DNA of 42,034 nucleotides from Acidimicrobiia bacterium (GTDB lineage: Bacteria; Actinomycetota; Acidimicrobiia; IMCC26256; PALSA-555): NCBI GenBank assembly GCA_022865365.1, contig JALHSW010000079.1, positions 1 to 42,034 on the forward strand, in the 5' to 3' direction. The notes under the pieces were generated by a model. The model was not told where the DNA came from. It did no database searches and saw nothing but the letters and a program-made list of their open reading frames with translations. The translations under genes were made by a program, and so were the position numbers. The number at the start of each line of letters is the position of its first letter. The first letter of the stretch is position 1. Shown piece by piece: positions 16,292 through 25,241 of this stretch.

Positions 16292-17832
16292 GGTCCGACC
16301 ACGCGTTCGCGCGTCTCGTTGCGGGCCTGCAGACGCACGATCTTGTTGACCGCGCTCAGGTACGCGCGCGCTGATGCCTCGACGATGTCGGTCGCGACGC
16401 CCCGGCCTGACGCCTTGTGGCCGTCTGCCTCGAGCAGGGCGACCACGTCACCCAAGGCGTCCCCGCCGCCCGTGACCGACGAGACCTTGAAGTCGAGCAG
16501 CGTGCCCGAGATGCCGGTCGCCTGCGCGATCGCCGCGATCGCGGCATCGACCATCCCGTTGCCGTCGGCTTCGGCTTCGACCTTCCCGTCGCCGTCGGTC
16601 AGCACCACGTGCGCCGTCGGCTGATGCACCGTCCCGCCGTGCACGTCGAGGCTCACCAGCGAGAAGCGGTGTACGACACCCGTGCCGAGCTCCTCGGCGA
16701 CGATCGCCTCGAGGTCCGACTCGGTGATCGCCACCTTGCGGTCGGCCAGCTCCTTGAACCGGACGAAGGCCTGGTTCAGCGCGTCGCCCTGCACGTGGAG
16801 GCCCATCTTGTTCAAGGTGTCGCTGAAGGCGTGCCGACCCGAGTGCTTCCCGAGCACGATCTGCGCCGCCTCCTGACCGACCGAGGCAGCATCGATGATC
16901 TCGTACGTCTCGCGATCCTCGAGCACCCCGTGTTGGTGGATCCCCGCCTCGTGCGCGAACGCGTTCCGCCCGACGACCGCCTTGTTGTACTGGACCGCGT
17001 ATCCGGTCAAGCGCGCGACCAGCCGTGACGTACGGGCCAGCTCCTCGGTACGGACGCCGACCTCGACCTCACCGAAGTAGTCGCCCCGCGTCTTGACCGC
17101 CATCACGATCTCCTCGAGTGCCGCGTTGCCGGCGCGCTCGCCCAGCCCGTTGATTGCGCACTCGATCTGGCGCGCTCCCGCGGCGACGCCCGACAGCGAG
17201 TTGGCGACCGCCAGACCCAGGTCGTTGTGGCAGTGCGTGGAGACGACGTAGTCGCCCTTCACGTTCTCGACGACGTAGGCGATCAGCTTGCCGAACTCCT
17301 CGGGCACCCCGAAGCCGACGGTGTCGGGGATGTTGAGGGTCGTCGCGCCATTGTCGATCGCGATCTGGAGCACATCACGCATGAACTCGGGATCGGAGCG
17401 GCTGCCGTCCTCGGGTGAGTACTCGATGTCGTCGCAATACGACTTGGCCCGAGCCACACCTGCCGCGACCTCGGCCTTCACCTGGTCCTCGGTCATCCGC
17501 AGCTTCTTCGCCATGTGGATCGGCGACGTCGCGATGAACACGTGGATGCGCGGCCGCTCGGCATGGCGCACGGCTTCCCACGCCCGGTCGATGTCCTTGA
17601 ACCCCGTGCGCGAGAGCCCCGCGATCACCGGACCCCGGATGTGCTTCGCGATGGCCTCGACCGCTTCGAAGTCGCCATCGCTCGCGATCGGGAACCCGGC
17701 TTCGATGATGTCGACGTTCAGGCGTGCCAGCTGCTCGGCGATCTCGAGCTTCTCCGCTACGTCCAGGGAGATCCCGGGCGACTGCTCGCCGTCCCGCAGC
17801 GTCGTATCGAAGATTCGCACATGATCGGCCAT
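16288..17832 (-). CDS. leuA: 2-isopropylmalate synthase (short bacterial form)
   Basis: Motifs VRIFDTTLRDGEQSPG and HCHNDLGLAVANSL, plus a C-terminal LeuA allosteric domain. The start is set at ATG 17832 (MADHVRIFD), giving 514 aa. The track start 17910 lies inside the upstream terminator hairpin. Confidence 0.92.
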   Translation of the reverse strand: MADHVRIFDTTLRDGEQSPGISLDVAEKLEIAEQLARLNVDIIEAGFPIASDGDFEAVEAIAKHIRGPVIAGLSRTGFKDIDRAWEAVRHAERPRIHVFIATSPIHMAKKLRMTEDQVKAEVAAGVARAKSYCDDIEYSPEDGSRSDPEFMRDVLQIAIDNGATTLNIPDTVGFGVPEEFGKLIAYVVENVKGDYVVSTHCHNDLGLAVANSLSGVAAGARQIECAINGLGERAGNAALEEIVMAVKTRGDYFGEVEVGVRTEELARTSRLVARLTGYAVQYNKAVVGRNAFAHEAGIHQHGVLEDRETYEIIDAASVGQEAAQIVLGKHSGRHAFSDTLNKMGLHVQGDALNQAFVRFKELADRKVAITESDLEAIVAEELGTGVVHRFSLVSLDVHGGTVHQPTAHVVLTDGDGKVEAEADGNGMVDAAIAAIAQATGISGTLLDFKVSSVTGGGDALGDVVALLEADGHKASGRGVATDIVEASARAYLSAVNKIVRLQARNETRERVVGP

Positions 17833-17883
17833 GTCTCGCTCGCTCTCTCGTCTGCATTTCTGGATGTCTGGATTCGGGGCAAC

Positions 17884-17917
17884 AAAAAACCCCCCTGGCC
17901 CAAGAGGCACAAGGAGG
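17884..17917 (-). terminator. intrinsic terminator-like hairpin plus U6 in the leuA leader
   Basis: The minus strand reads CCUCCUUG(U)GCC-ucuug-GGCCAGGGGGG (11 bp with one bulge and two G-U pairs), followed by UUUUUU (17889-17884). It lies about 50 nt upstream of the leuA ATG. Confidence 0.55.
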
Positions 17918-17946
17918 CGACCGCGAGCACCAGGTGGTGCCCGCGG

Positions 17947-17997
17947 CTACGTAAGGAGGAGGCTGGTGCTGATGGAGGCGCGCAGTTCCTTCATCAT
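17947..17997 (-). CDS. candidate leuA leader peptide MMKELRASISTSLLLT
   Basis: The ORF reads ATG ATG AAG GAA CTG CGC GCC TCC ATC AGC ACC AGC CTC CTC CTT ACG TAG. Three consecutive Leu codons sit two codons before the stop. An 11-bp hairpin (17946-17921) abuts the stop codon. Confidence 0.5.
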   Translation of the reverse strand: MMKELRASISTSLLLT

Positions 17998-18087
17998 GGT
18001 CTGACCATCATGACGAGTCCGCGCGCCAATGGCAAGCCATATGCAATGTCAGGTCATGAGGGCGACGGCGTGCGACAATCGCTTCCG

Positions 18088-18492
18088 ATGGCGAAGCACC
18101 GGTGGCTCCGACGCACGATCGGTCTGGGAGTCGTCGCGGGCGCGGCCTACGCCGTCTGGCGGGCAATCGAGAAGAACCAATCGCCGGGCGACAGCGGGTG
18201 GGAGCCCCAACCGTTCCCCTTCCCGCCCCAGCCGCGTACCGCCGATACCACCGGCCGGATCTCCGGGTCCGCGTCGGGCGAGCGCGCCGAGCGAGACGAG
18301 CAACACGCCCCGCCCGACTACCTCGAGCCGGTTGCCGGTGCATGCCCGGCATCGCATCCTGTGAAGGCCAAGCTCGCAAGCGGGATCTTCCACGTTCCCG
18401 GCGGCCAGAGCTACGAGCGCACGACGCCCGACCGGTGTTATCTCGACGCCGCCGCGGCGATGCGCGACGGGCTCCGGGCGTCGAAGCGCTGA
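18088..18492 (+). CDS. small membrane-anchored protein with a conserved actinobacterial C-terminal HP(V/I)K..S.I(F/Y)H.PG..Y motif
   Basis: It has one N-terminal TM segment (WLRRTIGLGVVAGAAYAVW), a Pro/Gly-rich linker, and the C-terminus HPVKAKLASGIFHVPGGQSYERTTPDRCYLDAAAAMRDGLR. The start is uncertain: ATG 18088 was chosen, and in-frame ATGs at 18046 and 18010 are alternatives. Confidence 0.55.
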   Translation: MAKHRWLRRTIGLGVVAGAAYAVWRAIEKNQSPGDSGWEPQPFPFPPQPRTADTTGRISGSASGERAERDEQHAPPDYLEPVAGACPASHPVKAKLASGIFHVPGGQSYERTTPDRCYLDAAAAMRDGLRASKR

Positions 18493-18524
18493 GCGCCCGG
18501 CTTCGGGATTCAGGCCGAGCGGCC

Positions 18525-20111
18525 TCAGCCGAGCTCGATCGCCTTCGCGTCGAGCACGCCGTCGACAGCACGCACGCGTTCGACGGCTTCTGATGGGACT
18601 TCCGTCGACGCGGTGATGACCATGAGGGCCGACGCGCCTTCGGCGTTCGTGCCGACAGCCATGTCGGCGATGTTCACGTCGGCATCCCCGAGGATGGTGC
18701 CGACCTTCCCGATCATCCCGGGAGTGTCGTCGTTGCGGACGACGAGCATGTGGCTCGACGGGGGGATGTCGACGCTGTGCTCGAGGATCCCCACGATGCG
18801 GGGCCGGGCTCGCTTGCCGAACAACGTGGCGGCGACGTGCACGGGCCGGTCCCCGGCGACGCCGCGCAGGCTGAGCAGGTTCACGAAGTCGCTCGCAGAC
18901 GTCGACGTGGTTTCGCGCACGTCGAGCCCGCGCGCCTCGGCGAGCTGCGGAGCGTTCACGAAAGAGACGGGTTCGTCGACGACGCCGCCGAGGACCCCCT
19001 TCAGGACCGCCAGCGTGAGCACTCGACAGTCGTAGTCGCCGATCTCGCCCTCGTAGCTCACCTCGAGAGTCCCGACGGCGCTTCCGGCGAGCGCGGTGAA
19101 GAGTCGCCCGAGGCGCTCGGCCAGGGGCAGGAACGGCTGGACCGTTGCGTTCGCTTCGCTCGCGTTGACGTTCACCGCGTACGGGACGAACTCACCCCGG
19201 AGCGCCAGCACGACCTGCTCGGCGATGGTCTGCCCGGCTTTGTCCTGCGCCTCCGCGGTCGATGCTCCGAGGTGCGGGGTCACGACGACGTTGGCGAGAT
19301 CGAAGAGCGGCGACTCGGTCGTGGGCTCCTCGGCGAAGACGTCGATGGCCGCGCCGGCGATGCGGCCCTCGCGCAACGCGTCGGCAAGCGCGGTCTCGTC
19401 GATGATGCCACCCCGGGCGGTGTTCACGATCCTCAGGGTGGGCTTCGCGTGAGCCAGCAGCTCGGCGCCGAAGAGCCCGAGCGTCTCGGGTGTCTTGGGG
19501 AGGTGGATCGTGACGAAGTCGGCTTCGCGCACAAGGTCCGTGAGGTCGGGGATGAGCCGTACGCCGAGCTGACGAGCGCGATCCGCGCTGACGTACGGGT
19601 CGTACGCGACCAGCTGCATGCCGAACGCGAGGAGGCGCTGCGCGACGAGCACGCCGACACGACCGAGGCCGACGACGCCGAGCGTCTTGCCGTTGAGCTC
19701 GACGCCCTCCCACTGCGAGCGGTTCCACTTCCCCGCCTTGAGATCGCGGTCGGCCTGCGGAATGTTCCGCGCCTGCGCAAGGAGGAGGGCGGCGGCGTGC
19801 TCGGCCGCCGACAGCACGTTCGACTGCGGGGCGTTCACCACCATGACGCCGCGACTGGTTGCCGCGTCGACATCGACGTTGTCGAGACCGATCCCGGCCC
19901 GCCCGACGACCACGAGATCCGTCCCTGCCTCGAGCACGGCCTCGGTGACCTGGGTTGCCGAGCGGATCACGAGCGCGGCGGCATCCCGCACGGCTTCCAC
20001 GAGCTCGTCGGCCGACATGCCGAGTCGCTCGTCGACCTCCAGGCCGGCGGCGCGCATGGCCTCGAGACCACGCGCAGCAAGTCGTTCGGCGACGAGGACA
20101 CGGGGAACCAC
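18525..20111 (-). CDS. serA: D-3-phosphoglycerate dehydrogenase (long form with ASB and ACT domains)
   Basis: It has the NAD motif VGLGRVGVLVAQRL, the motif GRAGIGLDNVDV, and a C-terminal ACT domain (HMLVVRNDDTPGMIGKVGTILGDADVNI). 528 aa. Confidence 0.92.
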   Translation of the reverse strand: MVPRVLVAERLAARGLEAMRAAGLEVDERLGMSADELVEAVRDAAALVIRSATQVTEAVLEAGTDLVVVGRAGIGLDNVDVDAATSRGVMVVNAPQSNVLSAAEHAAALLLAQARNIPQADRDLKAGKWNRSQWEGVELNGKTLGVVGLGRVGVLVAQRLLAFGMQLVAYDPYVSADRARQLGVRLIPDLTDLVREADFVTIHLPKTPETLGLFGAELLAHAKPTLRIVNTARGGIIDETALADALREGRIAGAAIDVFAEEPTTESPLFDLANVVVTPHLGASTAEAQDKAGQTIAEQVVLALRGEFVPYAVNVNASEANATVQPFLPLAERLGRLFTALAGSAVGTLEVSYEGEIGDYDCRVLTLAVLKGVLGGVVDEPVSFVNAPQLAEARGLDVRETTSTSASDFVNLLSLRGVAGDRPVHVAATLFGKRARPRIVGILEHSVDIPPSSHMLVVRNDDTPGMIGKVGTILGDADVNIADMAVGTNAEGASALMVITASTEVPSEAVERVRAVDGVLDAKAIELG

Positions 20112-20180
20112 GAAACCGAGGGTAGCGGCCGGGATGTGGTCGACCCCGGGTTGTAACCCCGCCCCTTGTGCGTGGCCGCG

Positions 20181-20684
20181 TCAGACGCGGGGTAGGGCGA
20201 TCTTGGTCATGGCGACCACGTCGTCCTTGATGCCCGCTTGGTCGGTTTCACCGAGCGCGACGTACTGGACGGTCAAGAGCGTGTCGCCCTTCAGCACGTA
20301 TGCCGTGTTGATCCCCCCGCCGGCGTAGAAGGCGTTCCTGCCGAGGCCCGAGACCGGCTCGATCTGGTCCTTGAAGACCCCCTTGGCCGTCCGGTACCCG
20401 ATCTTGCTCTCTTGGCTGTCACCTCTCTGGACCAACACCGAGACGTTGCGAACCGGCGACGACGCGTCCTCGAGCGCGTAGCCACAGATGCCCGCGCCGG
20501 GTGGTCCCTGCTGCTGCTCGACCAGCTTCTTCGCAGGGAACCCCGTGACGCGTGCGACCTCGGAGGCCTTCAGAGCCTTGCAGGCGTTCGGCTTGGCCGC
20601 GACCGACGCGCTCGCGGGTCCGATCCCCGCCGCCAGTGCGACGGCGGCGACGAGTGCAGCAACGACGAGCAGGCGGCTGCGCAT
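20181..20684 (-). CDS. secreted small protein, two Cys (tentatively DUF3558-like)
   Basis: ATG 20684 has a GAGGAG SD 5 nt upstream. The signal peptide is MRSRLLVVAALVAAVALAAGIGPASA. The mature part contains KPNACKALKASEV and GAGICGY. The track's longer start (21122) overlaps the aminotransferase gene. Confidence 0.65.
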   Translation of the reverse strand: MRSRLLVVAALVAAVALAAGIGPASASVAAKPNACKALKASEVARVTGFPAKKLVEQQQGPPGAGICGYALEDASSPVRNVSVLVQRGDSQESKIGYRTAKGVFKDQIEPVSGLGRNAFYAGGGINTAYVLKGDTLLTVQYVALGETDQAGIKDDVVAMTKIALPRV

Positions 20685-20805
20685 GACGCTCCTCAGCAAT
20701 ATGGGGTAGTCACAGTATGTGCTGCGCCGAGCCGCCGGACGTGTCACTCGAGCGCCGCGTCGGCGACGTCGAGGAGCCAGACGCCGATCGCGGCAACCAC
20801 GCGCG

Positions 20806-22014
20806 TCACGAGAGGAGGGCCGCGATGCGGCTGACGCCTTCCACGAGGTCATCGTCGGACAGCGCGAACGACAGCCGCGCGTAGCCGGGGGCGCCGAACG
20901 CCTCGCCGGGGACGGCGGCGACCTTGATCTCCTCGAGGAACAGCTCGCAGAGCTCGAGCGAAGTCGTCGGCGTTCGCCCCGCAATCGACCGGCCGAGGGC
21001 TCCGACGAACGACGGGAAGCAGTAGAACGCGCCTTGCGGTTCGAGACACTCCACGCCGGGGATCGCCGAGAGCATCCCGTGCATGGTCTTGCCCCGACGC
21101 TCGAACGCGGCGCGCATCTCACCGACCGCGGTCAGATCGCCCGACACCGCGGCGAGCGCGGCCCGCTGCGACACGTTCGCGACGTTCGACGTCGAGTGCG
21201 ACTGCAGGTTGGCGGCGGCGGCGATGACGTCGCGCGGCCCGATCATCCATCCGACGCGCCAACCGGTCATGGCGTAGGTCTTCGCGACGCCGTTCACGAC
21301 GACGCACGACTCCGCGAGCTCCGGCACCAGTGTCGGCATCGACGAGAACCGGTGCTCCCCGAACGTGAGGTGCTCATAGATCTCGTCCGTCACGACCCAC
21401 ACGCCGTGCTCCGCGGCCCACCGTCCGATCGCCTCGACCTCAACGGGTGGGTACACCGAACCGGTCGGGTTGCTCGGCGACACGAAGAGCAGCGCCTTCG
21501 TGCGTGACGTGCGCGCTGCCTCGAGCTGTTCGACCGTGACGCGGAACGACGTTGCCTCGGTGGTAGGCAGCACGACCGACACGCCGTCGGCCAGCGCGAT
21601 CGACTCCGGATAGGTCGTCCAGTAGGGCGCGGGGAGCAAGACCTCGTCGCCGGGGTCGAGCAGCACCTGGAACGCGTTGTAGACGGCTTGCTTGCCGCCG
21701 TTCGTCACGATGATCTGGCTCGACTCGCACTCGAGCCCGGAGTCGCGCAACGTCTTGGCCGCGAGCGCGGCGCGCAGTTCGGGCAGGCCCGCCGCCGGCG
21801 TGTAGTGATGGCTCGCGGGGTCCGAGCAGGCGCGGATCGCGGCTTCGACGATGTGGTCGGGCGTCGGGAAGTCAGGCTCCCCGGCGCCGAACCCGATCAC
21901 GTGCTCGCCGGCCGCCTTGAGGGCCTTGGCCTTGGCGTCGACGGCGAGCGTCGCCGACTCGCTGATCGCGCCGATCTTGCGGGAGATCCGCAGACGCTCG
22001 GAGATGCGGGCCAT
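20806..22014 (-). CDS. pyridoxal-phosphate-dependent aminotransferase, class I (aspartate aminotransferase-like)
   Basis: Motifs [18 protein letters not shown] and [16 protein letters not shown] (PLP lysine context). 402 aa. Confidence 0.88.
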   Translation of the reverse strand: MARISERLRISRKIGAISESATLAVDAKAKALKAAGEHVIGFGAGEPDFPTPDHIVEAAIRACSDPASHHYTPAAGLPELRAALAAKTLRDSGLECESSQIIVTNGGKQAVYNAFQVLLDPGDEVLLPAPYWTTYPESIALADGVSVVLPTTEATSFRVTVEQLEAARTSRTKALLFVSPSNPTGSVYPPVEVEAIGRWAAEHGVWVVTDEIYEHLTFGEHRFSSMPTLVPELAESCVVVNGVAKTYAMTGWRVGWMIGPRDVIAAAANLQSHSTSNVANVSQRAALAAVSGDLTAVGEMRAAFERRGKTMHGMLSAIPGVECLEPQGAFYCFPSFVGALGRSIAGRTPTTSLELCELFLEEIKVAAVPGEAFGAPGYARLSFALSDDDLVEGVSRIAALLS

Positions 22015-22099
22015 GGGCCCATCCTCCCACGCCGGATGGCGGCGACCCCGAGCGTTTGTGCGGACGTCTACCCGAGCGTTCGGCCCAACGTGGGCGGCG

Positions 22100-23275
22100 T
22101 CAGACGGCGACCTGCTCCGCCTCGGTCGGCACCCAGCCCCGGAGATCAGCGAGGCGAGGATCGTTCGAGAAGACCTCGACGATCGGCAGCGACAAGCCGA
22201 GACGGCGCTGCACGGTCCGGATCGCGTTCTCCTCGTTCCAGAGCATCAGCGTGACCGCGACGCCGTCCTCGCCGGCTCGGGCCGTGCGGCCGGAGCGGTG
22301 CAGGTATGCCTTGTGGTCATCGGTGGGCTCGTAGTGGATGACCACGTCGATGTTGTCGACGTGGATGCCCCGGGCTGCGACGTCGGTGGCGACGAGCACG
22401 GGGACCTTGCCCGCCTGGAAGTCGGCGAGCGACTTCTCTCGGGCGGCCTGACTCAGGTCACCGTGGATCGGTGCCGCCTGCACGCCCTCCTTGCGGAGCT
22501 CGCGCACCAGCTTGTCGGCCGTGCGCTTGTAGTTGCAGAACATGAGGGTGCGCTTCGAGTGCCTTGCTATCTCGGCGGCGACCTTCACCTTGTCCATGTC
22601 GTGCACGAAGAGGAAGCGGTGCTCCATCTCCTCGACGGTCGGCTCGTCGGACTCGACCTCGTGGAACACCGGGTCCTTCATATAACGCGCAACCAACTGC
22701 TTCACCGCGCCGTCGAGCGTGGCCGAGAACAACATCGTCTGGTAGTCGCCCTCCATGCGGAACAGGATCTTCTGCACCTGGGGCATGAAGCCCATGTCGG
22801 CCATGCGGTCGGCCTCGTCGAGCACGAGGACCTCGACGTCGGCAAAGGAGACCTCGCCGCGGTCCATGAGGTCGATGAGGCGACCCGGGGTGCCGACGAT
22901 CACGTCGACGCCGCGCCGCAGCGCGTCGATCTGGGGGTCGAAGCCGACGCCGCCGTAGATCGCCTGGACCTCGCGCCCGCAGAGCTTGGCCAGGGGCGCG
23001 AGGACGCCGTAGACCTGGTTCGCGAGCTCACGCGTGGGTGCGAGCACCAGCGCGGTTGGGCGCCGCGGCTGGGCCTTGCCGATGCGCTGCAGGAGCGGGA
23101 GGCCGAACGCGAGGGTCTTTCCCGAGCCGGTCTTGGCCTTGCCGCAGATGTCACGGCCCGCCAGGGCGTCGGGGAGCGCGATCGCCTGGATCGCGAACGG
23201 GGCTTCGATGCCGTCGGCCTCGAGGGCCGCGACGAGTTTGGACGAGACGCCGAGCGCCTCGAAGGAGGTGGTCAC
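22100..23275 (-). CDS. DEAD-box ATP-dependent RNA helicase
   Basis: It has a Q-motif region (FAIQ), motif I AKTGSGKT, motif II VLDEAD, motif III SAT, and motif [15 protein letters not shown] start at 23275. Confidence 0.9.
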   Translation of the reverse strand: MTTSFEALGVSSKLVAALEADGIEAPFAIQAIALPDALAGRDICGKAKTGSGKTLAFGLPLLQRIGKAQPRRPTALVLAPTRELANQVYGVLAPLAKLCGREVQAIYGGVGFDPQIDALRRGVDVIVGTPGRLIDLMDRGEVSFADVEVLVLDEADRMADMGFMPQVQKILFRMEGDYQTMLFSATLDGAVKQLVARYMKDPVFHEVESDEPTVEEMEHRFLFVHDMDKVKVAAEIARHSKRTLMFCNYKRTADKLVRELRKEGVQAAPIHGDLSQAAREKSLADFQAGKVPVLVATDVAARGIHVDNIDVVIHYEPTDDHKAYLHRSGRTARAGEDGVAVTLMLWNEENAIRTVQRRLGLSLPIVEVFSNDPRLADLRGWVPTEAEQVAV

Positions 23276-23406
23276 GTTGGTGCTCGCTTTCTTCGGGGGT
23301 GGTCGGCCTCGTCGTCACCCTCGGGGTGGAGGGCCGGCAGTCCGTCAAGAAAGCGAGGAAGACCTGCGGGGGCCGACGGCACCCGCTGGACCCCCATCAT
23401 ACCCGG

Positions 23407-24006
23407 TCAGTCGGCCTTCCCCTTGCCCTTCGCCTTCTGGGCCTTCTTCCACGTGAGCACCTCGGCGAGCGCTTCGGATGAGTCGATGTCGGCCACCGAC
23501 CGCTTCGTCGCGTCCGAGAACGGCTTGGCTGCCGCTTCCCAGCCTGGCGGGGTGACGGCGAAGCGCTTGGCCAGCAGCGCGAGGAAGATCTTCGACTTCT
23601 CCTCACCGAATCCCGGGAGCGCCCGGAGCCGAGCGAGGAGATCGTCACCGGTCTCATCGCGGGGCTCGCCGGCCGGGGCGACCTTCCACACGCTCGCGGC
23701 GTTGCCGTCGTACTCGTCGACGAGCACCTGACAGAGGGCGTGCGTGCGCTTGGCCATGGATGCGGGGTACCGGTGCAGTGCCGGCTTCTCCCGGAACACC
23801 GCCTCCAGCTCCTCGGGGTCCATCGCGGCGATCGCCGCCGCGTCGAGGCCACCCAGGCGCTCGCTCAGGGTGTGCGGCCCCTTGAACGCCCACTGCATCG
23901 GCACCTGCTGGTCGAGCAACATGCCGACGAGCAGCGCGAGCGGGCTCTGCACGAGCAGTCGGTCGGCCGCGGGGTCGCCGGTGACCGGGATCTCGGTGGT
24001 CGCCAC
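23407..24006 (-). CDS. HhH-GPD-type base-excision-repair-family protein
   Basis: From memory, LLVGMLLDQQVPMQWAFKGP, PALHRYPASMAKR and LRALPGFGEEKSKIF match the actinobacterial HhH-GPD family. It has a Lys-rich tail. The start is set at GTG 24006. Longer starts would overlap the palindrome and the VOC gene. Confidence 0.65.
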   Translation of the reverse strand: MATTEIPVTGDPAADRLLVQSPLALLVGMLLDQQVPMQWAFKGPHTLSERLGGLDAAAIAAMDPEELEAVFREKPALHRYPASMAKRTHALCQVLVDEYDGNAASVWKVAPAGEPRDETGDDLLARLRALPGFGEEKSKIFLALLAKRFAVTPPGWEAAAKPFSDATKRSVADIDSSEALAEVLTWKKAQKAKGKGKAD

Positions 24007-24012
24007 CTCTGG

Positions 24013-24060
24013 GACTCTAGAAGGCGAGCCCGATCCGGCCCTAGGTCGCCTTCTAGAATC
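24013..24060. promoter_or_regulatory. inverted repeat gaCTCTAGAAGGCGA-N18-TCGCCTTCTAGAAtc, candidate shared operator
   Basis: Perfect 12-bp arms (24016-24027 and 24046-24057), or 14 of 15 if extended. It contains three CTAG tetranucleotides. It occupies almost the entire 60-bp gap between the divergent HhH-GPD and VOC starts. Confidence 0.35.
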
Positions 24061-24066
24061 CGGGAG

Positions 24067-24462
24067 ATGCCCACGCTGCATCACGTCAACCTGTGCGTCC
24101 CGCCCACGATCCGGGACGAGGCGGGCGACGAGCACGCCGGCCCGGACGCCGAGGCGACGTGGCTGGAGGCACTCGGCTACCGCCGCGTCGAGGCCGGTCC
24201 CGAGATCGCCGCGATGGCGCAAGTGCACTGGTTCGAGGGTGACGACGGCACTCAGGTCCACCTGACGGTCGACCCCGAGCACGCACCGTCCGCGCGTGCG
24301 CACACCGCGATCCGCCTCGACGAGGCACTCGACCCGATCGTGGCGCGACTCGAGGACGCGGGCCACCACTGCAACACGATCGCCTTCGATCGCGACCGTC
24401 ACGTCTTCGCGAACGATCCGGCCGGCAACCTCTGGGAGCTGATCGGGCCGCTCGCCGACTGA
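24067..24462 (+). CDS. VOC (glyoxalase/bleomycin-resistance/dioxygenase) family protein
   Basis: MPTLHHVNLCVPP is a typical beta-1 start of VOC domains, and the C-terminus is FANDPAGNLWELI. 131 aa from ATG 24067, within the longer track ORF 23740..24462. Confidence 0.7.
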   Translation: MPTLHHVNLCVPPTIRDEAGDEHAGPDAEATWLEALGYRRVEAGPEIAAMAQVHWFEGDDGTQVHLTVDPEHAPSARAHTAIRLDEALDPIVARLEDAGHHCNTIAFDRDRHVFANDPAGNLWELIGPLAD

Positions 24463-24562
24463 TGCGGCAGCCCCTCATCACCACCGCCACGACGCGGCTT
24501 CCTGAGGCGACTCTCAGGATCGACCCCACGCGCACGCCGCGCACCGGGCACAATCGACGCGT

Positions 24563-25240
24563 ATGCGCGTACTCCTGGTCGAAGACGAAGTTGCCCTCGC
24601 CGAGGCGATCCGCGACGGCCTGATGGCCGAGGGATTCGACGTCGACGCCGTCCACGACGGCCTCGACGGCCTCTGGCGCGCCCGTGAAGGCTCCTACGAC
24701 GCGATCGTGCTCGACATCCTGTTGCCGGGAATGAACGGCTACAAGGTCTGCCAGACGCTCCGCGACGAGGAGATCTGGACGCCGATCCTCATGCTCACGG
24801 CGAAGGACGGCGAGTGGGACGAGGCCGAGGCCCTCGACACGGGCGCGGATGATTTCCTCTCCAAGCCCTTCTCGTTCGTGGTGCTGCTCGCCCGGCTCCG
24901 GGCCTTGTTCCGGCGAGGCGCCCCGCCGCGCCCCGCGATCCTCGAGTACGGCCCGTTGCGACTCGACCCCGGTACCCGAAAGGCGAGCCACGGCGAGGCC
25001 GAGGTCGCGCTCACGGCGCGCGAGTTCTCCCTCCTCGAGTACCTCATGCGCCGCGACGGGCACGTCGCGTCGAAGAGCGAGATCCTCGACCATGTGTGGG
25101 GCATCGACTTCGCCGGTGACCCGAACGTGATCGAGGTCTACGTCGGGTATCTGCGCCGCAAGCTCGACCAGCCGTTCGGAACGCAGCTGATCCGCACCGT
25201 GCGCGGTGCCGGGTATCGGCTCTGCACGGACGCTTCGTGA
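24563..25240 (+). CDS. OmpR-family response regulator
   Basis: It has a receiver domain (MRVLLVEDE, DAIVLDILLPGMNG, LMLTAKD) and a wHTH domain (LTAREFSLLEYLMRR, IRTVRGAGYRL). Confidence 0.93.
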   Translation: MRVLLVEDEVALAEAIRDGLMAEGFDVDAVHDGLDGLWRAREGSYDAIVLDILLPGMNGYKVCQTLRDEEIWTPILMLTAKDGEWDEAEALDTGADDFLSKPFSFVVLLARLRALFRRGAPPRPAILEYGPLRLDPGTRKASHGEAEVALTAREFSLLEYLMRRDGHVASKSEILDHVWGIDFAGDPNVIEVYVGYLRRKLDQPFGTQLIRTVRGAGYRLCTDAS

Positions 25241-25241
25241 G

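Noticed and set aside
22047-22080. Direct repeat CCCGAGCGTT x2 (22047-22056 and 22071-22080) between the aminotransferase start and the helicase stop
   Set aside because: It is a short 10-mer of typical GC-rich composition with 24-bp spacing and no associated hairpin or ORF. It could be part of the aminotransferase promoter, but the evidence is too thin to call.
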